From positions 79 through 64,078 of the forward strand of contig JAQVVF010000005.1 in NCBI GenBank assembly GCA_028699085.1: a DNA stretch of 64,000 bases, read 5' to 3'. A program made the position numbers and the translations under genes. Every line of letters starts with the position of its first letter. Position 1 is the first letter of the stretch. Positions 1 to 8,796 of this stretch are shown piece by piece. This stretch comes from Patescibacteria group bacterium. GTDB taxonomy: Bacteria > Patescibacteriota > JABMPQ01 > JAQVVF01. Under the pieces are notes generated by a model. That model did not search any database and was not told the DNA's origin. It worked only from the letters and a program-made list of their open reading frames with translations.

Positions 1-63
1 TTCCTTTTTGCCCGCCTGCTTGGGCTTCGCCCCCAAAACTTTTCGGCGGTCGGTCGGCGGGAC
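1..63. repeat. GC-rich element, partial copy truncated by the window edge. It is the reverse complement of 7846..7908, with a 49-bp perfect match.
   Basis: Bases 1-49 (ttcctttttgcccgcctgcttgggcttcgcccccaaaacttttcggcgg) are the exact reverse complement of 7857..7905. About 65% GC, against a ~30% background. Confidence 0.7.
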
Positions 64-150
64 AGAAAACAAAAGAGAAGATAAAAGAGGAATAACGCTT
101 GCCCCACCCACCCGTGCGCGCGTTATGTCGAATGAACTCCCTAATTTTGT

Positions 151-179
151 TTGACTAAATGCTAAAAATTTCATATACT
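151..179 (+). promoter_or_regulatory. Putative sigma70-like promoter of the HTH-hsdR-hsdMS-rloC operon
   Basis: TTGACT at 151-156, a 17-nt spacer, then TATACT at 174-179. Located ~60 nt upstream of the first ATG at 239. Confidence 0.45.
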
Positions 180-238
180 AACTCTTGATAAGTGATGATT
201 TTAATACTATATAACTATAATAGTAAAACTATACGAAT

Positions 239-448
239 ATGTCAAACGAAAAATCCACAATTGGGGACAACATAAGAAAATACCGAAACAAACTCGGTAT
301 TTCTCAAGATGTGCTTTCAAAGAAAGCAGATTTGGCTTTTCATACAATCGCCAAGATTGAAGCTGGCTCTACTCCAAACCCCACAATTGATACAGTCAAA
401 AAAATAGCGGACGCTCTCGGCGTTTCGCTTGATGATTTAATGAAATAA
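239..448 (+). CDS. XRE-family helix-turn-helix transcriptional regulator (R-M controller/C-protein-like)
   Basis: 69 aa. Cro/C1-type HTH (GISQDVLSKKADLAFHTIAKIE). First gene of the R-M operon, 4 nt before hsdR. Confidence 0.8.
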   Translation: MSNEKSTIGDNIRKYRNKLGISQDVLSKKADLAFHTIAKIEAGSTPNPTIDTVKKIADALGVSLDDLMK

Positions 449-452
449 AATT

Positions 453-2966
453 ATGACAAATTCTAAAGAAGCAAAAGCACGAATAAAAATAAACAAATTG
501 CTTGAACAAGCGGGCTGGAGATTTTTTGATAATGAAAAAGGACAAGCAAACATTTCACTTGAACCAAATGTAAAACTTACCCAAAAGGACATTGACGCTT
601 TTGGTGAAGATTTTGAATCTACAAAAAACGGCTTTATTGATTTTTTATTGCTTGATGAAAAAGGTTTCCCACTTGTTATTTTGGAAGCCAAAAAAGAAGA
701 TAAAAATCCACTAGACGGAAAAGAACAAGCGAGAAAATATGCTCATACTGAAAATGCTCGTTTTGTAATTCTTTCAAACGGCAATCTTCATTATTTTTGG
801 GACTTGGAACGAGGCGATCCTGAAATTATCACGGAATTTCCAACGCAAGAATCTTTGAAGCACAGGCAAGATTTCAAACCCGACAATCAGCGTTTAGCAG
901 ACGAAGAAGTCAAAGAGGATTATATTGCGTTTACTCAAAATCCAAATTTCAAAGATGATCCTCGCTATCTCAACAAAGAAACACGAGAACAATATCTTTG
1001 GGACGAAAACTTGCGAATTTTACGCCCATATCAGCTCAAAGCGGTTCACGCTTTGCAAAAATCCGCCGAAGCTGGAAATGATCGTTTTCTTTTTGAAATG
1101 GCAACGGGAACAGGAAAAACGCTTATTTCCGCCGCCATTATTAAACTTTTTTTAAGAACAGGAAACGCAAAAAGAATTTTGTTTTTGGTTGACCGTTTGG
1201 AATTGGAAGATCAAGCACATAAAAACTTTGTCCGCTATTTGAGCAACGATTTTTCCTCTGTTATTTATAAGCAAAATCGTGATGACTGGAAAAAGGCGGA
1301 AGTGGTTATCACAACCGTTCAAAGTCTTTCATCGCAAGACAAATACAAAAAACTATTTTCACCAACTGATTTTGATTTAGTTATTGCTGATGAATCACAC
1401 CGAGCAATCGGCGGAAATTCGCGCGCAGTTTTTGAATACTTTATCGGCTACAAATTGGGCTTAACCGCAACACCGAAAGACTATTTGAAAAATGTTGATC
1501 CACAAAAGTTATCGCAAAAAGACCCGCGAGCTTGGGAAAGACGGCAATTGCTTGATACTTACACGACTTTTGGTTGCAAAAACGGCGAGCCGACTTTCCG
1601 CTTTAGTTTGCTTGACGGCGTGCGAGAAGGATTTTTGATCAATCCTATTGTTTCGGACGCTCGGACAGACATCACAACTGAATTGCTTTCAGAAAAAGGC
1701 TATGCGGTCATGATTGAAGATGAAGAAGGTGGCGAAAGCGAAGAAACATTTTTTCAAAAGGATTTTGAAAAGAAATTCTTTTCCGAAAAGACAAATCGTG
1801 TCTTTTGCCAAACATTTATCGAAAATTCTCTCAAAGACCCGATAAGCGGTGAAATCGGCAAAAGTATTATATTTTGTGTAAGCCAAAAACATGCTTCAAA
1901 AATTACCCAAACACTCAACCAAATGGCGAGCCAGCTTTGGCCCGACAAATACAATTCTGATTTTGCCGTGCAAATAACCTCAAACATTGCCGATAGCCAA
2001 CAATTCCCGATCAATTTTGCCAATAACAATTTAAGCGGGCATACAAAATTTTTAGAAAACTACAAATCAAGCAAAACCAGAATTTGTGTAACTGTCGGAA
2101 TGATGACGACTGGCTATGATTGCCAAGATATTTTGAATCTTGCGCTTATGCGTCCCGTCTTTTCGCCGACTGATTTTATCCAGATCAAAGGACGAGGAAC
2201 AAGAAAATTTACTTTTGAATATACCGACGAATACGGCGAAAAGCACAAAGCAATAAAAGATCATTTCAAATTTTTTGATTTTTTCGCTAACTGCGAATAC
2301 TTTGAAGAAAAATTTGATTATGACGAGGTTTTGCTGTTGCCTATCAAACAAAAAGGAACTGGTGGAGAAGGACCTGTCGGCGTTGATATTGATGAAATAG
2401 AAATTTTCAATCCCGACAAGGTAAAATCCCTCACCGAAATACCCGTTGGAATTGAGGGAATGAAAGTTGATCGAAAACTTTTTGAGAAAGCCCGCGAGGA
2501 ATTACAAAACGATCCCGAAGTAAAAACTGCCGTTGAAAGCGAGCAATGGGAAAAGGCGGTGCAGATAATGCGGAACAAATACGAAGACAAACCGCAATTA
2601 TTCCTAAATCTTGAAAAAATCCGCAAGAGTGAAAATCTTGATCGCCGTATTTCTTGGCGTGAATTTTTAGAGCGAGCTTTCGGCTTGATTGATGTTTTCA
2701 AATCCAAAGACGAGAAATTGGAAGAAGAATGCGAAAAATTTATTTCAATCTACAAACCCGAAAGCAAATATGTTCCACATATCAAAAATTATCTGAAGGC
2801 GTATGTTACGGATTCAGAAATTCGCGACATTATAGATTCCAAAGAATATGGGCGTTTTGCAACCAATCCAAAAGTTACGATGAAAGATTTTCGAGATCTG
2901 AATGGATATCGTGAAGTCGTCCCTGAATATGTAAAGGATTATGTAGCTATTAACGCTTTCATGTAA
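453..2966 (+). CDS. hsdR: Type I restriction enzyme R subunit (HsdR-like endonuclease/helicase)
   Basis: N-terminal HsdR_N/Mrr-like PD-(D/E)xK region (DFLLLDEKG...ILEAKK). SF2 helicase motifs: I ATGTGKT, II DESH, III LTATP. 837 aa. Operon with a methylase. Confidence 0.85.
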   Translation: MTNSKEAKARIKINKLLEQAGWRFFDNEKGQANISLEPNVKLTQKDIDAFGEDFESTKNGFIDFLLLDEKGFPLVILEAKKEDKNPLDGKEQARKYAHTENARFVILSNGNLHYFWDLERGDPEIITEFPTQESLKHRQDFKPDNQRLADEEVKEDYIAFTQNPNFKDDPRYLNKETREQYLWDENLRILRPYQLKAVHALQKSAEAGNDRFLFEMATGTGKTLISAAIIKLFLRTGNAKRILFLVDRLELEDQAHKNFVRYLSNDFSSVIYKQNRDDWKKAEVVITTVQSLSSQDKYKKLFSPTDFDLVIADESHRAIGGNSRAVFEYFIGYKLGLTATPKDYLKNVDPQKLSQKDPRAWERRQLLDTYTTFGCKNGEPTFRFSLLDGVREGFLINPIVSDARTDITTELLSEKGYAVMIEDEEGGESEETFFQKDFEKKFFSEKTNRVFCQTFIENSLKDPISGEIGKSIIFCVSQKHASKITQTLNQMASQLWPDKYNSDFAVQITSNIADSQQFPINFANNNLSGHTKFLENYKSSKTRICVTVGMMTTGYDCQDILNLALMRPVFSPTDFIQIKGRGTRKFTFEYTDEYGEKHKAIKDHFKFFDFFANCEYFEEKFDYDEVLLLPIKQKGTGGEGPVGVDIDEIEIFNPDKVKSLTEIPVGIEGMKVDRKLFEKAREELQNDPEVKTAVESEQWEKAVQIMRNKYEDKPQLFLNLEKIRKSENLDRRISWREFLERAFGLIDVFKSKDEKLEEECEKFISIYKPESKYVPHIKNYLKAYVTDSEIRDIIDSKEYGRFATNPKVTMKDFRDLNGYREVVPEYVKDYVAINAFM

Positions 2967-2971
2967 AAATT

Positions 2972-5428
2972 ATGCTTAATCAAGATACAAAACGAAAAAT
3001 TGACTCTGCCCGTAATATCCTTGTCGGCAAAGTTCCTGATCCAAAAGCACAGGTTGAGCAAATCACGACTGCTCTCATCTATAAATTTATGGATGATATG
3101 GACAAGGAAGCTCAAGAGCTTGGCGGTAAGGCAAGGTATTTTACAAATGGCTACGAAAAATATTCGTGGACAAAATTGATGGATGTAAAACTTGGTGGGC
3201 ATGAACGCTTGAACCTGTATTTTGAAGCAGTGAGCAGTCTTGGTCGCAATCAGCACATGCCACAAATTTTTAGAGATATTTTCGGCGATAAATCATTGCC
3301 ACCCTATCGTGATCCGCAAACCCTCACTCTTTTTTTGAAAGAGATAAATGGCTTTAATTTTGATCACAGCGAAGATTTGGGTGACGCTTATGAATACCTG
3401 CTTAATGTTATTGGCACATCTGGCGAAGCGGGACAATTTCGCACGCCTCGCCAAATTATTGATTTTATAGCAACAGCGGTTGATCCAAAAAAAGGTGATA
3501 CAGTTTGCGATCCTGCCTGCGGAACGGCTGGCTTCTTGATTTCTGCCTACAAACATATTTTAAAACAGCATGACGGTTTAGATGATCCCGAAAAAACAGA
3601 AAAACCGCTTACTCCAGACGAAAAGAAAAATTTGATGAATCATTTTGTCGGCTACGATATTGATCCAGGAATGGTGCGGATTGCTACGGTAAATATGTAT
3701 TTGCACAATTTTCCTGAACCGAAAATTTTTGAATACGACACGCTCACTTATGAGGACAGGTGGGACGAAACTTTTGATGTGATTCTCGCCAATCCGCCAT
3801 TTATGACACCAAAGGGCGGAATTCGTCCGCACAAGCGTTTTAGTATTCAAGCGAACCGATCGGAAGTCCTTTTTGTTGATTATATTGCCGACCATTTGAA
3901 TCTAAACGGCAAGGCGGGCGTGATTGTTCCCGAAGGGATTATTTTCAATAATCAAGTTGCATACAAGAATTTGCGAAAAAAATTAGTGGAAAGTTGTTTG
4001 ATTGCCGTCGTGAGTTTGCCTCAAGGTATTTTTATCAAGCCGGGCGGAAAAGGAAATGTCAAAACTGGTGTTTTGATTTTTGACAAAGAACTGGTCAAAA
4101 AAACCAAAGATGTTTTATTTGTGAAAATCAGCAATGACGGTTTTGATCTTGGCGCGCAAAGACGAGTAATTGATAAAAATGATTTGCCCTTGGCTTTGGG
4201 AATTATCAAAAGATATAAATCTGCGTTGAAAAACGGCAAGGATTTTGAATTAGACGAAGAAGAAAACAAAATTGCGCATATTGTTGCCAAAGAAAAAATT
4301 GCTGAAACTGGCGACTATAATTTAACAAATGAACGATATAAAGAAACGGCTGAGCGAATAAATCAAAAATATCCAATGGTTGAATTGGGCGAGGTTTGTG
4401 AGATGTATCAACCAAAAACAATCACCTCAAAAGAAATAAAATCAGAAGGAAAATATAAGGTTTTTGGGGCAAATGGAGTTATTGGATATTACGACAAGTA
4501 TAATCACGAAGATAGCGAGGTTCTTATCACTTGTCGTGGGGCAACTTGTGGGACACTTAATTTATCTGAGCCAAATTCTTGGATTACTGGAAATGCAATG
4601 GTAATAAAGCCAAAGGATGATCGACTTAGCAAGCAGTTTCTTTTTTACATTCTGAAACAATCAAACTTTAAATCGGTAATTTCTGGATCAGCTCAACCTC
4701 AAATAACAAGGACATCATTATCACCTTTAGAAATACCACTTCCGCCGATTGAAATTCAAAAAGAAATCGTTGAGCAGATTGAGGTCAAGCAAAATGCCAT
4801 AGATCACGCCAAGGCGATTATCCAAAATCTAGAGAGAGAGAGACGCTATTTTGGTCAATCACTTAGAAAATTAGAAGGCGTTGAATGGGTGGAATTGGGT
4901 GAAATTTTTGAAAAAGTGAGTGATCAAATCAATCCACAAAATAATTCTGGTTCAGTCGTCTATATTGGACTAGAAAACATTGAATCAAATTCAGGAAATA
5001 TAGTTGGGGAAATAAATACCGAAATGAAATCAATTAGAAGCATTAAAAATGTATTTAAAGAATCAGATATTCTGTATGGAAAACTAAGACCGAATTTAAA
5101 CAAGGTATGGTTATCAGATCGAAAAGGCATTTGCTCTACTGATATTCTGGTTTTAAGGAAAAAGAAAGAAGAAATGAATCCGTGGCTTTACACAATTATT
5201 TTAAGAAGTGAGGAATTTAACACTGAGGTTTTGAAAGGGCTAAAAGGTGCGCAATTGCCAAGAGTGAGTTTTGAGTACTTATCTAAAATCAAAATCCCAT
5301 ACTTGGTAGAAGAATTACAAGAAAGATATTTGAGCGATTTAAAAAATGAGGAAGAAGCAATAAATGCAAACAAAAAAATGATTGAAATTTACGAACAAAA
5401 AATTTCTGATGTGTTAAGCGAAATATAA
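2972..5428 (+). CDS. Type I R-M methyltransferase fused to specificity subunit (HsdM-HsdS fusion)
   Basis: N-terminal HsdM_N region. AdoMet motif DPACGTAGFL. N6-adenine MTase motif NPPF. The C-terminal ~350 aa contain two HsdS-like target-recognition domains (LITCRGATCG...; YGKLRPNLNKVW...) separated by a conserved EIQKEIVEQIE spacer. Confidence 0.8.
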   Translation: MLNQDTKRKIDSARNILVGKVPDPKAQVEQITTALIYKFMDDMDKEAQELGGKARYFTNGYEKYSWTKLMDVKLGGHERLNLYFEAVSSLGRNQHMPQIFRDIFGDKSLPPYRDPQTLTLFLKEINGFNFDHSEDLGDAYEYLLNVIGTSGEAGQFRTPRQIIDFIATAVDPKKGDTVCDPACGTAGFLISAYKHILKQHDGLDDPEKTEKPLTPDEKKNLMNHFVGYDIDPGMVRIATVNMYLHNFPEPKIFEYDTLTYEDRWDETFDVILANPPFMTPKGGIRPHKRFSIQANRSEVLFVDYIADHLNLNGKAGVIVPEGIIFNNQVAYKNLRKKLVESCLIAVVSLPQGIFIKPGGKGNVKTGVLIFDKELVKKTKDVLFVKISNDGFDLGAQRRVIDKNDLPLALGIIKRYKSALKNGKDFELDEEENKIAHIVAKEKIAETGDYNLTNERYKETAERINQKYPMVELGEVCEMYQPKTITSKEIKSEGKYKVFGANGVIGYYDKYNHEDSEVLITCRGATCGTLNLSEPNSWITGNAMVIKPKDDRLSKQFLFYILKQSNFKSVISGSAQPQITRTSLSPLEIPLPPIEIQKEIVEQIEVKQNAIDHAKAIIQNLERERRYFGQSLRKLEGVEWVELGEIFEKVSDQINPQNNSGSVVYIGLENIESNSGNIVGEINTEMKSIRSIKNVFKESDILYGKLRPNLNKVWLSDRKGICSTDILVLRKKKEEMNPWLYTIILRSEEFNTEVLKGLKGAQLPRVSFEYLSKIKIPYLVEELQERYLSDLKNEEEAINANKKMIEIYEQKISDVLSEI

Positions 5429-5430
5429 CT

Positions 5431-7845
5431 ATGATTAGCAAAATCTCAAAACTCGATAAAGTTGCTAAATTTTCTTCCATTACACAAGAGAAGGTTTTTC
5501 AATATGGTGGGAAAGGACAAAACTGCAATATCGTCTTTGGATTTAATGGATCTGGGAAAACCACTCTATCAAATGCAATTTCATTTTTCGCCGACAACTC
5601 CTTTATTAGTGAGGACGAAAAGAAAGAAATATATGATGATATAAAAAATGGTGATGATTCTATCGTTGAATTAAGCACACAAGGAAATTCAACAATAAAA
5701 TACCCTGCCAACAGCGCACATAGTAAAAATATTTATATTTTCAATTCCAACTTTGTCGCTACTCATGTTTTTAACGGCACGAAAGGAAAATTGAAAAAAT
5801 TTTCGAATATAGGCGGTGAAATTAAAAACAAGGAAATTGATAATATCAATCAGCAAATTGAAGTGCTTGACGAGGAGAAGAAAAAGCTAGAAAACGAAAA
5901 TACAAAATTAGGCGAAAAGCACGAGGAAATTACAAAAACCAGAAGCAAAAGTTTTGGTAAAACTTTGACCGATAAAAACAAAAGACTTTTAACTCAAGAT
6001 TTAACTAATGTTCAATTACCCACAGAAACTATTGAAAATCTTGAAGTAAAACTCGCTACATTTTCTGCCGATTATGAATTGAGCAAAAAACAGACTGAGT
6101 TAAACGCCGACCTTGAAGAATTACGACAACTAAATTTTAGCTCATTGGATTTTGATTTTCCAAAATTAGACGAGCTACTGGCAAAAAATATTCAACAACT
6201 GTCAAAAGAAGTTTTGGAAAAAAAGATAAAGGAAGTGCAAAATCTTTTTTCGGATGACCAACATAAACAAAGTGTTGAGAAATGGTTTAGATTTGGAAAG
6301 GATGTTTTAGAGAACACAAACGGGAATGACAAAAAACACTGCCCGATTTGTAATACAGATATATCAGAGCGAATGAGTTTAATTTTGAAGGATTATCAAG
6401 GATATTTTGATGAAAGTTATGAAAATTTTATTAACGATTTAAAGCTAAAAAGTGATGATATTTCAACGAATACCGTCACTTTAGAACAACACGAGCTAAA
6501 TGCTAGTAAATTAGAAAAACTGCAAATCAAGTATGCAAAACTGCTAGGCGAGCTTTCTTTTGAAAAATTTGATTTTAAAGATATTAAAGCTGACCTTGTT
6601 GAGTTAAAAGAAAGTTTTGTTTCAAAAAATGGGAATGTTCAAGACAATTTTTCAAAACCAAAGAATATAGAAAATAATATTACTGCCCTCAATCTTGCCT
6701 TGACAGCGTTTCAAGAACTCAGGAACAATGTTTTGAAACTTTTAGAATCAAAGAAATTAAACACGCACACTATTGAGGGACAAATCAGACAAACCTATAA
6801 CGAAATTATCCTACTAGAATTTAATCAAACTGATAAACTTGGGGCAATAAAGAAGTACAAAGTCAATAAAAATAGAATTGAGGCTATCATAGACAGCAAA
6901 GAGGCAGGTCTTCCTTTTTGGAAAAACAAATTGCTAGAAGAATTAAGGAAGCTCAAAGCTGAATCAAAGAGTATTTCCAGATATTTAAACAAAATGGGGA
7001 TAGATCATTTTGATATTGATATTAACGAAGAAAAACAAGACGAAAATATTATAATCAAATACAAAAATTCGACAAATGAGAAAAATAAGCTCAAAAATTG
7101 TTTGAGCGACGGCGAAAAAACAGCGTTAGCTTTCGCGTATTTTTTAAGTAAATTTGAAAATGAAATAAACACACCAGAAAAAGTGAAAGATTCTGTTGTG
7201 GTTATAGATGATCCGATTTCTAGCTTGGACGATAACAGACTTTACAGCACCGCTCATTTAATTTGGCGCAACTTTGAGGAAGCAAAGCAACTCATCGTAT
7301 TGAGTCATAACTTTCTTTTCTTGAAGTTTTTCAATTCTTTTTATTGTGGAAAAGCAAACTGTTTATTCTTGGATAGTGAAAAGATTACTGATTTGCCAGA
7401 TGAATTAAAAAACTTTGAAACGCCTTATTTTTATATGCTTAAGACAATCATTGATTTCTTGGATCAGAATAATCAAAATGTAAATTACAATGAAGCGAAA
7501 CGATACTTACCGAATTTCATTAGACGAGTTTTGGAAACATTTCTATCATTTAAGTTTTCAAGAACAGTCAACAAATCTGGCGGACATAGAAGTCCTGGAT
7601 TAAACGAATTTGATGAAAATATTGATAATACTGATATGGATGATAAAATAAAGAAAGAGTTGAAAGATAAAATAGCAGAAATAAACAGAATTGCAGATGC
7701 ACATTCTCACGGAAACGCTCATCACACGCAAGAAAATTTTTATATTTCCGAAACCGATCTCAAAACATTATCCCAAAGTGCAATCTCTGTTATTGAAACA
7801 ATGGATAATTTGCACAAGACTTGTTTTGTTAAAATTGAAAATTAG
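5431..7845 (+). CDS. RloC/PrrC-like ABC-type ATPase with a coiled-coil zinc hook and a putative C-terminal anticodon-nuclease domain
   Basis: 804 aa. Walker A GFNGSGKTT. Long K/E-rich coiled coil with a central CPICNTD (CxxC hook). ABC signature LSDGEK. Walker B/D-loop VVVIDDPISSLD. C-terminal region with R/H-rich motifs (NFIRRVLETF; AHSHGNAHH). Located immediately after hsd genes (restriction-linked ORF). Confidence 0.7.
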   Translation: MISKISKLDKVAKFSSITQEKVFQYGGKGQNCNIVFGFNGSGKTTLSNAISFFADNSFISEDEKKEIYDDIKNGDDSIVELSTQGNSTIKYPANSAHSKNIYIFNSNFVATHVFNGTKGKLKKFSNIGGEIKNKEIDNINQQIEVLDEEKKKLENENTKLGEKHEEITKTRSKSFGKTLTDKNKRLLTQDLTNVQLPTETIENLEVKLATFSADYELSKKQTELNADLEELRQLNFSSLDFDFPKLDELLAKNIQQLSKEVLEKKIKEVQNLFSDDQHKQSVEKWFRFGKDVLENTNGNDKKHCPICNTDISERMSLILKDYQGYFDESYENFINDLKLKSDDISTNTVTLEQHELNASKLEKLQIKYAKLLGELSFEKFDFKDIKADLVELKESFVSKNGNVQDNFSKPKNIENNITALNLALTAFQELRNNVLKLLESKKLNTHTIEGQIRQTYNEIILLEFNQTDKLGAIKKYKVNKNRIEAIIDSKEAGLPFWKNKLLEELRKLKAESKSISRYLNKMGIDHFDIDINEEKQDENIIIKYKNSTNEKNKLKNCLSDGEKTALAFAYFLSKFENEINTPEKVKDSVVVIDDPISSLDDNRLYSTAHLIWRNFEEAKQLIVLSHNFLFLKFFNSFYCGKANCLFLDSEKITDLPDELKNFETPYFYMLKTIIDFLDQNNQNVNYNEAKRYLPNFIRRVLETFLSFKFSRTVNKSGGHRSPGLNEFDENIDNTDMDDKIKKELKDKIAEINRIADAHSHGNAHHTQENFYISETDLKTLSQSAISVIETMDNLHKTCFVKIEN

Positions 7846-8215
7846 TCCCGCCGTCCCGCCGAAAAGTTTTGGGGGCGAAGCCCAAGCAGGCGGGCAAAAA
7901 GGAAGGGGGTTGGGGGGAAGGAATTTTTGCCCGCCTGCTTCCGTTCCCGTTCCGTTTGAGCAAAGGAAAAGCGGAAGGGGGGTTTGGGGGGAATTCCGCC
8001 ACGCCCGAGCGAAATCAAATTGTGGACAGCCCCGCCGTCCTGCTCGTTAAGAGCAGAACCCCGCACAAAAGTTTTCTTTTCCTTTTAGAAGAAAAAAATC
8101 GGCGCGCGCAAATCAAAAATTGTGAAGAAAACTTTTTTGCGGGGTGGCGAGGTTTCCGAGCGACGGCGGGGCTGGCTTCCTTATTGGGGGTTTTGCTCAA
8201 AAAAAGTTCGAACAT
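7846..8215. repeat. GC-rich (~60% GC) hairpin-dense element. Possible MITE/att-like element or structured RNA.
   Basis: Perfect 15-bp stem at 7886..7938 (gcaggcgggcaaaaa/tttttgcccgcctgc). Long imperfect hairpin 8025..8067 pairing with 8130..8176. 7857..7905 is the reverse complement of 1..49. No plausible ORF. Confidence 0.6.
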
Positions 8216-8255
8216 CAATCAAAAAACACCGTTTTTTATAAAAAAATATTTTTAT

Positions 8256-8738
8256 ATGGAAAATAACAAACAATCTACACAATGTTGTCCAAAATTTAAT
8301 CCAGAACTTTGGGATAATAAAATTATTACTTGGAATAACAAAAAATTTATCAAAGATAAAGTTTTCACCTTGTTCCACATGCCAATTAATTTTGGTTCAG
8401 TTATGAAAAGAATAACTGAAAAGGTAGAAAAAAATAAAGTTAATATTCCTGGTTATCTTTGCCTATCAGATCATACTTCAAAATGGAATATGGATGTTTA
8501 TTTAGCAGTTGATAAAGAAGTACCTGATGCTGAAAATATTACTTTAAATGGAAAATACTTAAGTAAAGTTTATGAAGGAAATTTTAAAGATACAGGCAAA
8601 TGGAGTGAAGATTTTAAAAATTTTGCTAAAGAAAAAGGTTTTAATATCAAAAAATGGTATATGTGGTATACGACTTGTCCAAAATGCGCCAAAAAATATG
8701 GCAAGAATTATGTAGCAATAATTGCCCAAATTGGCTAA
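8256..8738 (+). CDS. Hypothetical Cys-containing protein (CCPKF..., CPKCAKKYG zinc-ribbon-like end)
   Basis: 160-aa ORF starting at the ATG at 8256. The longer 7869 start lies in a non-coding GC-rich repeat. No recognised family. Confidence 0.45.
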   Translation: MENNKQSTQCCPKFNPELWDNKIITWNNKKFIKDKVFTLFHMPINFGSVMKRITEKVEKNKVNIPGYLCLSDHTSKWNMDVYLAVDKEVPDAENITLNGKYLSKVYEGNFKDTGKWSEDFKNFAKEKGFNIKKWYMWYTTCPKCAKKYGKNYVAIIAQIG

Positions 8739-8796
8739 CTATATCAAAAATATTTTTTGGATAATTTGATTTTAAAAAAATAAATAACGAAAATTT

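Noticed and set aside
925-2914. Numerous 60-130-aa ORFs on both strands inside hsdR/hsdMS/dnaE/surface-protein genes (e.g. 925..1155, 2318..2707, 49489..49920)
   Set aside because: They overlap long, well-supported CDSs, have no start signals and have low-complexity translations typical of AT-rich shadow frames.
7846-8215. GC-rich element as RNase P RNA, tmRNA, SRP RNA or 6S RNA
   Set aside because: Hallmark conserved stretches are not present: the RNase P P4 GGAAAGUCCGG/ACAGAAA motifs, a tmRNA tRNA-like GGUUCGA...CCA end with a tag ORF, or an SRP domain IV. It is retained as an unclassified structured element.
7691-8738. ORF-track ORFs 7691..8050(+), 7842..8066(-) and the 7869 start of the 289-aa ORF run through the GC-rich element
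   Set aside because: They have Gly/Pro/Arg-rich low-complexity translations, lie in a non-coding palindromic repeat and have no start context. Only the 3' part of that 289-aa ORF (8256..8738) looks like a real gene.
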